Shown here one piece after another: positions 6,311 to 14,370 of a stretch of DNA of 19,119 bases. The notes below the pieces were generated by a model. It did no database searches and was not told the DNA's origin. It was given only the letters and a program-made list of their open reading frames with translations. Numbering within the stretch: position 1 is the stretch's first letter; every line of letters begins with the position of its first letter. Made by a program: the position numbers and the translations under genes. Source of the stretch: a virus (taxonomy: Duplodnaviria > Heunggongvirae > Uroviricota > Caudoviricetes); IMG/VR virus record IMGVR_UViG_3300022701_000176; one strand, 5' to 3'.

Positions 6311-8698
6311 ATGGATATAATCGAAGATATAGAATCAAAAAATTATTGTAGATATTTACATAAAAAAGATTTTGAGTGTAAAAAAGATTGTGATGTAAGA
6401 AATTGTGAAGCTATAACATATGTAACAAACAGATTAAAAGAAATATTAGATAATTCAATTGATGTTATATTAAGAATAAATATTGATAATAATAAATTTA
6501 ATTATATTAACTCAACATGTTTAAAATTATTTGGTTATACAAAAGATGAATTTATCGATAATGGTTTTAGTTGGGCGTTTTCGTTAATACATGAAGATGA
6601 TAGAGCAGATTTTATAACAACTATAAATTATATGAAAAAAAATACATGCGTCCAGTTTAGATTTAAACATAAAACTCTTGGATACAGATGGATTGCTGGT
6701 AATATAACAATTGTGGAAAAAAATAAAAAAGGAGATACTATAGTAACATGTTATTGTAGAGATATAACAAATGAAATAACTTATAATGATATAATGAGAG
6801 AAAGCAGAAGAAAATTTAGATCACTATATGATAACTTACCAGATATGTCTACTTCTTCAAATAATGATGGTATTATTATAATGTGTAATGATACATTGTT
6901 ATCTAAAACTGGATATAGTAGAAAAGAAATAGTTGGAATGCATATATATAAATTGTATCATTCATGTTGTATAGAAAAGGTTAAAAAAATATTTACTCAT
7001 TATTTAGAAACTGGATCTATAAAAAATGAACGGTTAGTAATAAAAACAAAAACAAATGATAAAATATATGTAGGAGTAAATATAAATGCAGTTAGAGATG
7101 ATAATAATAATATACTACACTCTATAGCAACATATATAGATATAACAAAACAAATAGAGAATGAAAGAGCTTTATCTGAAATGGAGCATAAATTTAAAGC
7201 TATATTGGAACAATCGCCAATATCTCACGAATTATATGATCGAAACGGATTACAAGTTAAAGTAAATGCTGCATATGAGAGATTATGGGGGATAGATAAA
7301 AAATATACTTTAAATAAACTTAATATAAAAACAGATAGACAAGTAAAAGAAATAGGTCATGATAAATATGTAAATAAAGCATATATAGACAAAGTACCAA
7401 TTGATATTCCAGACTATAAATGGGATCCTAGTAAATCTGGATTCCCAGGCCGAATAAGATGGTTGCATACACGTATATTTCCAATAACAAATGAATTCGA
7501 TGAAGTTATACATGTTGTAGTAACACATGAAGATATAACCAATAGAAAAAACGCAGAAAGAACAATTATTGAAAATCATAGATTGGGAGCAATTGGAGAA
7601 ATGGCTTCATCAGTTGCCCATGATTTTAATAATTCTCTACAAATAATATTAGGAAATATAGAATTAGCAAAAAGAAAATCTGAAGAATGTTCATATAAAC
7701 ATCGTCCAATATGTTTAAAATATTTAGAAAGATCAAGAATAGCAGCAGAGAATACATCAAATAGAATAAAAATATTGCAAAAATTTGGAAGAGTAGATGA
7801 TAAATATAATATAAGTGAAATAATAGATATTAATTCTCTAATAGATGATGTTATAGATGAATCAAAACCATTATTTAAAAACATGCCTAACAGATCTGGA
7901 AACGAAATAATAATAAAAAAACAATATACAAATAAAAATGTAAATGTATCTGGAAACAGTGGTGAATTAAAAGCGGTATTATTTAATGTATTAAAAAATA
8001 GTATGGAAGCAATGCCATCTGGTGGATATATTGTAATATCTACAGAGAATAAAAAAGATCATGTATATATTTACATAACTGATACTGGAACTGGAATAAC
8101 TGAAGATTTAATATTAAAGATATTTCAACCATTCTTTTCTACTAAAAGTTTGGGTATGAATAGAGGGTTAGGGTTAAGTGGGTCATATAATATAATAAAC
8201 GAACATGGTGGTTACATAAGAGTAAAAGATAGTTCAACCGGAGAAGGTACAACTATGGAGATAAAACTACCAGAATCGGAAAATGGAATAGTTAAAAAAA
8301 AGAGAATAAAAAAAATGGGTAATGAAAAAATATTAAAAATGTTATGGGTAGATGACGATGAGATGATAACAGATTTTGCTATAGAATTTATGGAAATATA
8401 TGGATATGAAGGAGATGTTGTAAATGATAGCGAATACGCTATAGAATATATTCAAAGTAAAAATTATGATATCGTAATGACTGATATGGGTATGCCTAAC
8501 ATGAATGGGGTAGAGTTATCAAAAGAGATAAGAAAAAAAGTTGGAGACAAAGTTAAAATAATAATGTTTACTGGATGGGGAATGACATACGATGAATATG
8601 AAAAAAATAAACATATAATAGATCATATAGTTCAAAAACCAGCAGAAATAAATCATCTAAATGAAATTATAAATAAAGTTATGCAAATTAAAAATTAA
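6311..8698 (+). CDS. Soluble hybrid sensor histidine kinase: 3x PAS/PAC - HisKA - HATPase_c - receiver
   Basis: Three PAS repeats ending RDIT / IDIT / EDIT. H box ASSVAHDFNN (H437, 7619-7621), N box NVLKNSMEAM, G1 DTGTGI, F box FQPFFSTK, G2 GLGL. Receiver VDDD...TDMGMPNMNG (D725, 8483-8485)...TG...KP. No hydrophobic TM stretch. Confidence 0.95.
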   Translation: MDIIEDIESKNYCRYLHKKDFECKKDCDVRNCEAITYVTNRLKEILDNSIDVILRINIDNNKFNYINSTCLKLFGYTKDEFIDNGFSWAFSLIHEDDRADFITTINYMKKNTCVQFRFKHKTLGYRWIAGNITIVEKNKKGDTIVTCYCRDITNEITYNDIMRESRRKFRSLYDNLPDMSTSSNNDGIIIMCNDTLLSKTGYSRKEIVGMHIYKLYHSCCIEKVKKIFTHYLETGSIKNERLVIKTKTNDKIYVGVNINAVRDDNNNILHSIATYIDITKQIENERALSEMEHKFKAILEQSPISHELYDRNGLQVKVNAAYERLWGIDKKYTLNKLNIKTDRQVKEIGHDKYVNKAYIDKVPIDIPDYKWDPSKSGFPGRIRWLHTRIFPITNEFDEVIHVVVTHEDITNRKNAERTIIENHRLGAIGEMASSVAHDFNNSLQIILGNIELAKRKSEECSYKHRPICLKYLERSRIAAENTSNRIKILQKFGRVDDKYNISEIIDINSLIDDVIDESKPLFKNMPNRSGNEIIIKKQYTNKNVNVSGNSGELKAVLFNVLKNSMEAMPSGGYIVISTENKKDHVYIYITDTGTGITEDLILKIFQPFFSTKSLGMNRGLGLSGSYNIINEHGGYIRVKDSSTGEGTTMEIKLPESENGIVKKKRIKKMGNEKILKMLWVDDDEMITDFAIEFMEIYGYEGDVVNDSEYAIEYIQSKNYDIVMTDMGMPNMNGVELSKEIRKKVGDKVKIIMFTGWGMTYDEYEKNKHIIDHIVQKPAEINHLNEIINKVMQIKN

Positions 8699-8708
8699 CA
8701 TATATTAA

Positions 8709-8722
8709 GGACAAATTTTAAA
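8709..8722 (+). promoter_or_regulatory. Candidate late promoter, copy 5 (GGACAAATTTTAAA)
   Basis: Motif copy 11 nt after the kinase stop and before SD AAGGAG (8740-8745). Confidence 0.65.
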
Positions 8723-8753
8723 CACTAATACTTAACTAAAAGGAGATATTATT

Positions 8754-9338
8754 ATGTACATCAGTGAGACTTACACCAATGATACGTTAAATGAAGATTT
8801 TTTTAGAGGAGCTTCTGGTGAAATCTTAAGAAGTCCAAAGCAAATGGGAAATGTATTTAAATCTATAGGTGACTTATTTTCTAATGCTCAATCTCTAATG
8901 AAAAGAGTTGATAGTATGACAAGTCAAATAAAACATGATATTGAACGTAAAATATTTCATGGTTCGACTATAGGTGGGTATATTAAGTGGAGACAGACTA
9001 CAATATATTGGAGAATGTATTACTTATTAGATGATAAGGCATATAATAAAATTCTAAATGATGCAAAATCAGGATCTCTTGATAAGAAATTTTTCGATTT
9101 TAAACTTACATCCAGAAATGTACCGATGATTACACAGGCAAGATCGAAAGAAGAACTTATTAGAGCTGTAGATCTATACAGAGATCGTGCATATAATTTG
9201 TATTCAATACTTTTAAAATGGAGAAGAGAAAATAATGAAGAGATGGTAAACATATTAACCCATTATTTAAGAATAATAAACGCAGGTCTTTATGATATGT
9301 CAGAAGTTATTAATATTATAATTGACTATAGTAGATAA
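8754..9338 (+). CDS. Hypothetical protein, possible virion internal protein
   Basis: Strong SD, candidate late promoter, N-terminus MYISE...LNED containing (I/L)-x-E motifs. No recognised domain. Confidence 0.75.
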   Translation: MYISETYTNDTLNEDFFRGASGEILRSPKQMGNVFKSIGDLFSNAQSLMKRVDSMTSQIKHDIERKIFHGSTIGGYIKWRQTTIYWRMYYLLDDKAYNKILNDAKSGSLDKKFFDFKLTSRNVPMITQARSKEELIRAVDLYRDRAYNLYSILLKWRRENNEEMVNILTHYLRIINAGLYDMSEVINIIIDYSR

Positions 9339-9352
9339 TAATTAATAAAAAT

Positions 9353-9396
9353 TTTTATACAATATAAGATATTTAAATATCTTATATTGTATAAAA
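9353..9396. repeat. Perfect 44-bp palindrome with no spacer
   Basis: TTTTATACAATATAAGATATTT|AAATATCTTATATTGTATAAAA; all 22 pairs checked, centre between 9374 and 9375. Confidence 0.95.
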
Positions 9397-9437
9397 TAAT
9401 AAATTATAATTTTATTTTAATACAGGAAATAATGAAT

Positions 9438-9974
9438 ATGTTTATATCTGAAGACTTTATTGATGATAAAGCAAATGATGCAGCAACTTCACCAAAAAAT
9501 GATTTGTCTGAACCATCTGAAAAACAAAAGAAATATGGTAATTATAAAAAGGGCCATATATCATTTAAAGGAATAAACATAGCTATAGAGAATCCAAAAG
9601 GATCAAAGAGAAAGGGAGTAGATCCCGATGGTAATGCTTGGGAATCTACACTTCATTCACATTATGGTTATGTAAAAGGTGGAGTTGAAGGAAAAGACGG
9701 TGATCCTGTTGACGTTTATGTTGGACCAAATCATGATAGTGATATTGTATGCATAATAAATCAAGCAAATATAAAAGATGGTTCGTTTGATGAACATAAA
9801 GTAGCTCTTGGATACTCTACATTTCCAGATGCAATAAATGGTTATTTAAAAAATTATGATAAAGATTGGGAAAGAAAAGGTGGAATAAGATCAGCATATA
9901 GAATTACCATAGATCAATTCAAAAATTGGTTAAGAAATGGTAATACTAAAAGAGAATTTAAAGGTGTGTTATAA
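9438..9974 (+). CDS. Stand-alone inorganic pyrophosphatase-fold protein (InPase type, as in polyvalent proteins)
   Basis: Family I PPase signature DGDPVDV (9696-9716) plus ENPKGS, HYGYV and FDEHKV. The KKGH...IAIENPKGSKRKG.D.DG..W pattern is typical of InPase domains. Start is probably ATG 9438 or 9432 (AGGA at 9424-9427), not TTG 9387. Confidence 0.85.
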   Translation: MFISEDFIDDKANDAATSPKNDLSEPSEKQKKYGNYKKGHISFKGINIAIENPKGSKRKGVDPDGNAWESTLHSHYGYVKGGVEGKDGDPVDVYVGPNHDSDIVCIINQANIKDGSFDEHKVALGYSTFPDAINGYLKNYDKDWERKGGIRSAYRITIDQFKNWLRNGNTKREFKGVL

Positions 9975-10637
9975 ATGGAAAATATCCCTATATCATATGC
10001 ATATATAAGAGATTATTATCATACACTATATAGTATATATGGAGACTACTATGTAGGTTATCCATTAACCTACTATAGTATTGATTGGGAAAATAGTATA
10101 TATGATGAAAAATTAACTGCTGGAACTTATGAGAAAATAGGAGTAGGTGATTTATCTGGAATGAAATGGAAAAAGATATTACATTTTCCAGTTTATGCGG
10201 TTGAACAAATACAACCTGAATATAATGCATCTGAAAAAGGATTAGTGTTAGAAACTTCTGAAATATCAAGTATTTCATTTTCAAGTAACTTTGGGTTAAA
10301 ACCATTTGAGTGGGATATAATAGAATTTCAACAAGATTTCATGTTTAAAGATCGAGATGTAAATGATCAACCGTTATTTCATATATCTAATATAACATTA
10401 TCAATGTATGGGAGTTTAAAACATTGGAAATGTAAAATTAATGTATCTCCGGTTAGTAAAGTCCAATTAGATCAGCAAGTAACATCATATTGGGTATTTC
10501 TACAACATACTAAAAAAATACATAATAATGATACAGCATCTCTGTTAATAAAATTACACAAAAAACTTGGTCTATTAAAAACAAATACAAATAACCTATT
10601 TCATAATTCTGGATTCTATCTAACCAATGTCGCCTAA
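9975..10637 (+). CDS. Probable neck / head-closure protein (T4 gp14-like)
   Basis: N-terminal pattern (...SIYGDYYVGYPLTYYSID...SIYDE) and beta-rich core ending KPFEWDIIEF resemble gp14-type neck proteins. Context fits; the family call is tentative. Confidence 0.45.
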   Translation: MENIPISYAYIRDYYHTLYSIYGDYYVGYPLTYYSIDWENSIYDEKLTAGTYEKIGVGDLSGMKWKKILHFPVYAVEQIQPEYNASEKGLVLETSEISSISFSSNFGLKPFEWDIIEFQQDFMFKDRDVNDQPLFHISNITLSMYGSLKHWKCKINVSPVSKVQLDQQVTSYWVFLQHTKKIHNNDTASLLIKLHKKLGLLKTNTNNLFHNSGFYLTNVA

Positions 10638-10651
10638 CAGGAGAATATAAA

Positions 10652-13267
10652 GTGTTTGAAGAAAATACTATAACAATATATAGCTCAAGAGATAAGATTA
10701 GAAATGAGTTAATTACATTAGCAAAAGAATATTTAGAATTAGATGGTATTGATTTCAATAAGTTATCTTATATGAGTTATCTGATAAATGTTTTAAGTGG
10801 ATTAACTGCAAATTTATTATATTATTCTACATCTACATATAAAGAATTCTTTTTAACAAGAGCTATACAAAAAGAAAGTGTATTAAATCTTGCAGCTATG
10901 ATTGGCTATTCTCCACCATATGCAACACCTGCTCAAGTATCATTATTAATTGGAATACCAATAACTTTTGAAACTTTGGAATCACAAGGGAATTCATTAG
11001 TAATTGAATTTCCACAATATCACCAATATAGAGCTGGAGATACTATATTCTCACAAGATAACAAAGTAACAGTTACAATAACTAATAATTCTGGAATATT
11101 AGCTTATTCAGTTATTGAAGAAATAACATCTAATACTGGAACGAATTATAGAGTTTTACCAAAAACAACTTCAGTCGTAAATAACACAAATACTTTATAT
11201 TTCACAATAAATGCAACTCAAATAGAAAAACAAGAACTTGAATATCAAATCCAAAAACAACAACCGTATGAGTTTTATGTAATAAATTTAGAATTTGTCG
11301 GGCAGTTATCGAACATTGAGACAATAACTACTGAAGATGAGGGCGGAACTGAACAAGAATGGACACTATATGATTCACTTTTCTTAATACCATCTGGCGA
11401 ATATGGTTATGCATTTAGACGAACTAGTACTGGTGGACAATTAATGTTTGGAAATGGAATTATTGGTCAAAAAGCACCAGAAGATGAAAAGTGCATTATA
11501 ACAATTGATTCCACTATTGGTGCCAGTGGCAATGTCATAGCTGGTTCTATAAATAAAGGGGCAACAATATATATAATAGATGATGAAATACCAAGACAAT
11601 TAAATTATTCTGTTCTTAATGTTGAGCCAGCATATAACGGTGCTGACTCACAAACTATAAGTGAGATAAAAGCATCTGCAATAGCAAATTTATCATCACT
11701 GAATAGACTCGTATCACAATACGATTATGACAATATATCAGATGTAATAGATGATTTACCATTAACAAATCCATCACATATAATGAAAAGAAGTGATATA
11801 AAAAGAAATGAAATAGTATTATTTTCAAATATATTATATAGTGATTCTATAGTTCCAACCAGAAATACAGTTTGGACGCTCAGTGAAGCAACTACGCCAT
11901 CATTAAGTATATATATGAGTGATACTATAACAATAAATAGTGTTGATTATTATAGTATGTTTAATATAGATATAGATGCAGATGAAGAAACTGCAACTTA
12001 TTATTATTTAGCATTATCATCTGAAAATTCTGTCGTTATAAATAAAACATATAGTATTGAACAAGGCAGTCCTCCAGAAACACTTGTTCTCCCAACAACA
12101 TGTAATATGGATTTAACAATTCATGATGGTGGGGGCAATGTATTGGATAAAGCTGATCAAAAACTAACTGTTCAATTAAATTATGATATTGTTGATGCAT
12201 CTTGTGATGAAGCCGATTTAAATTGTTATATAGAAACTGAATGGAATGGATCAGTAAGTCAGATGACAAAAGAAACTGGATATCTCGAATATGATTTTGA
12301 TCTTCAAGATATTCCCGATGGTGAGCAATCTTTCTATTTTAAAATGTATAGATTGATAGATAATCCAGATTATGGTCAACCAGGAGAACCAACGCATATA
12401 CCTCAATATTTTAATGAATCACAATTAGACATAATAATCAAACAAGATATAAGTGATTACATGTACAGTAATATTGTAGTAACTGGATCATCCCCTAATA
12501 GAACAATTACTATATATGATGTTCCTGTAATAAAGAAAGCATATTATGATTCTGCCGATGCAGATAATTTTAAATTATTAGTTTATAATAAAATAATAAG
12601 TGTCAATATGGCATCATATAGGATGGCTACTGACTTTATAAATATAAAATTTACAAATACTACTGGTCAATTAACTAATATGAGATTAAATAAAGTAACA
12701 AAAAATAATGTTATTGATATTAACCCATCTGCAATACCATCATCTCCAAATGCAGAAGATAGATATATAATAACAAATGATGAAAATCCATTTTCTGTTG
12801 ATCCAGGCATTATAGTCGAATATGACGAACAGGGAGATACTTGGGTAGAATATAGTATGAGTATAAATGATATTATATATGTAGAAAATCTTAGCAAAAA
12901 AGTTATATATAATGGTGAAGTCGTAATTGACCCCGTAAAATCTATACCCCTCGTCGTATCAGCAACTGTATGGAAAGATCCATCTTATACAAATGCTACA
13001 GAAGAAGGTTTAATATCAAATATAAAAGAAGCTATAATTGATGGATTATATAGTTATTTTGGAGCAGATAAGCCATTATATATTTCTCAAATAACTGAAA
13101 TAATACAGGGAGTAACGGGTATACAACATTGTAAAGTAGTTAATCCAAAACATGATATTTTCTTCAATTATGATATACATGAAGATCTTACACAACAGGA
13201 ATTAATCGAATATACACCAGATTTAGTCTGGTTTGACACAACAATGATAAGTATAACTCTACGTTAA
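10652..13267 (+). CDS. Baseplate wedge protein (T4 gp6 / baseplate J-like)
   Basis: N-terminal ...LINVLSGLTANLLYY...KEFFLTRAIQKESVLNLAAMIGYSPPYATPA, central FGNGIIG, GADSQTISEIKASA and RLVSQYDY motifs. GTG start with SD AGGAG at 10639-10643. Confidence 0.88.
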   Translation: MFEENTITIYSSRDKIRNELITLAKEYLELDGIDFNKLSYMSYLINVLSGLTANLLYYSTSTYKEFFLTRAIQKESVLNLAAMIGYSPPYATPAQVSLLIGIPITFETLESQGNSLVIEFPQYHQYRAGDTIFSQDNKVTVTITNNSGILAYSVIEEITSNTGTNYRVLPKTTSVVNNTNTLYFTINATQIEKQELEYQIQKQQPYEFYVINLEFVGQLSNIETITTEDEGGTEQEWTLYDSLFLIPSGEYGYAFRRTSTGGQLMFGNGIIGQKAPEDEKCIITIDSTIGASGNVIAGSINKGATIYIIDDEIPRQLNYSVLNVEPAYNGADSQTISEIKASAIANLSSLNRLVSQYDYDNISDVIDDLPLTNPSHIMKRSDIKRNEIVLFSNILYSDSIVPTRNTVWTLSEATTPSLSIYMSDTITINSVDYYSMFNIDIDADEETATYYYLALSSENSVVINKTYSIEQGSPPETLVLPTTCNMDLTIHDGGGNVLDKADQKLTVQLNYDIVDASCDEADLNCYIETEWNGSVSQMTKETGYLEYDFDLQDIPDGEQSFYFKMYRLIDNPDYGQPGEPTHIPQYFNESQLDIIIKQDISDYMYSNIVVTGSSPNRTITIYDVPVIKKAYYDSADADNFKLLVYNKIISVNMASYRMATDFINIKFTNTTGQLTNMRLNKVTKNNVIDINPSAIPSSPNAEDRYIITNDENPFSVDPGIIVEYDEQGDTWVEYSMSINDIIYVENLSKKVIYNGEVVIDPVKSIPLVVSATVWKDPSYTNATEEGLISNIKEAIIDGLYSYFGADKPLYISQITEIIQGVTGIQHCKVVNPKHDIFFNYDIHEDLTQQELIEYTPDLVWFDTTMISITLR

Positions 13268-13271
13268 AAAT

Positions 13272-14369
13272 ATGGAGAACATGATGGGTAAAAATCTGCT
13301 AGAATTCTATTTTCCAAAAAATATATCACCACAACCAGATATAAAAGTATTTAGATATATGTCCAAAATATATGGATTAGAATTAACCAATATATCTAAA
13401 CCATGTTCTCTATTAAAACTTGTAAAATATTATAAAGATATACAAAAACTGATTGGTATAAATGATAGAGATGTGAGTGAATTTATCAGAGGAATAAAGT
13501 TGGATTATAATGTTCAAGTATATAAAGATAAATATACAGTAATATTATTAATAGGCTGTTTGCATTATTTAAGAAAAGGGAATGAAGATTTAGCAAATAT
13601 GTTTTTTAAATTTATGAATTTAAAATTCTATAGCAGTATTGCTCATAAACATTTCCCAAAATTTTGCAATAACGACATATGGTCTTTATCTATCGACGCA
13701 TTATCTATAAAACATTTGTTCAAAGTACATAAAGGTATAGGAAACGCTATAGTATATATTGCAGATGATGTATTTAAAAATAAAAAAAGAATATTAGAAA
13801 AAGAAAATTTATCTGATAAAGAATTATCAGATACAATTTATTATTGTAGAACCCGCATAGCTCAATCATTTAAATCGTTCGCAAATATGTACTATAAAAT
13901 AAGTGAAGATAAGGGTATATCAAGAGATGATGATATTTCAAGGGAAGAAGTTCAGGGAGTCCGACTTACAGCAGAAAAAATATCTATGCTCATATGTGTT
14001 TATAATCAAATAGATAAAAAAGCATTAAATAAAGCTATATCAAATAGTGGAATAAGAAAAGATACTGGAGTCAGTATAGTAAATGAATTATCAACAAGCA
14101 AATATAAAGAAGATTTAAATTTTATAATAATATTGACAAGTAGAGTTGGTGAACTGAATCAAGTATGTATAGAGCGCAATAGAAACTTACTATTAAGAAA
14201 AATGTATTCAAATAATAAAATAGCAAATAAATATATATTAAAGAATGTGATATCTAAAATGCTTTATTCATTTAAAATCGGTCATCAATTAAGATCTATA
14301 TATAAAGATCAACTCATAGTATTCTTTTCTCAATATTTAACTTTATATTTACGAAACAGAATATGTTAA
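13272..14369 (+). CDS. Hypothetical protein, basic and apparently helical (start may be ATG 13284)
   Basis: 365-codon ORF directly after the gp6-like gene. GGAG at 13274-13277 favours ATG 13284. No recognised domain. Confidence 0.8.
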   Translation: MENMMGKNLLEFYFPKNISPQPDIKVFRYMSKIYGLELTNISKPCSLLKLVKYYKDIQKLIGINDRDVSEFIRGIKLDYNVQVYKDKYTVILLIGCLHYLRKGNEDLANMFFKFMNLKFYSSIAHKHFPKFCNNDIWSLSIDALSIKHLFKVHKGIGNAIVYIADDVFKNKKRILEKENLSDKELSDTIYYCRTRIAQSFKSFANMYYKISEDKGISRDDDISREEVQGVRLTAEKISMLICVYNQIDKKALNKAISNSGIRKDTGVSIVNELSTSKYKEDLNFIIILTSRVGELNQVCIERNRNLLLRKMYSNNKIANKYILKNVISKMLYSFKIGHQLRSIYKDQLIVFFSQYLTLYLRNRIC

Positions 14370-14370
14370 C

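Noticed and set aside
4930-8722. Reading GGACAAAC-TTTAAA as archaeal BRE plus TATA box
   Set aside because: A TATA at about -26 would put the starts at about 4966 and 8745, cutting off the clear SD sequences at 4953 and 8740. A -10 position fits both, and the muramidase points to a bacterial host.
9387-9431. TTG start for the InPase gene at 9387
   Set aside because: It falls inside the palindrome with no SD. AGGA at 9424-9427 supports ATG 9432 or 9438.
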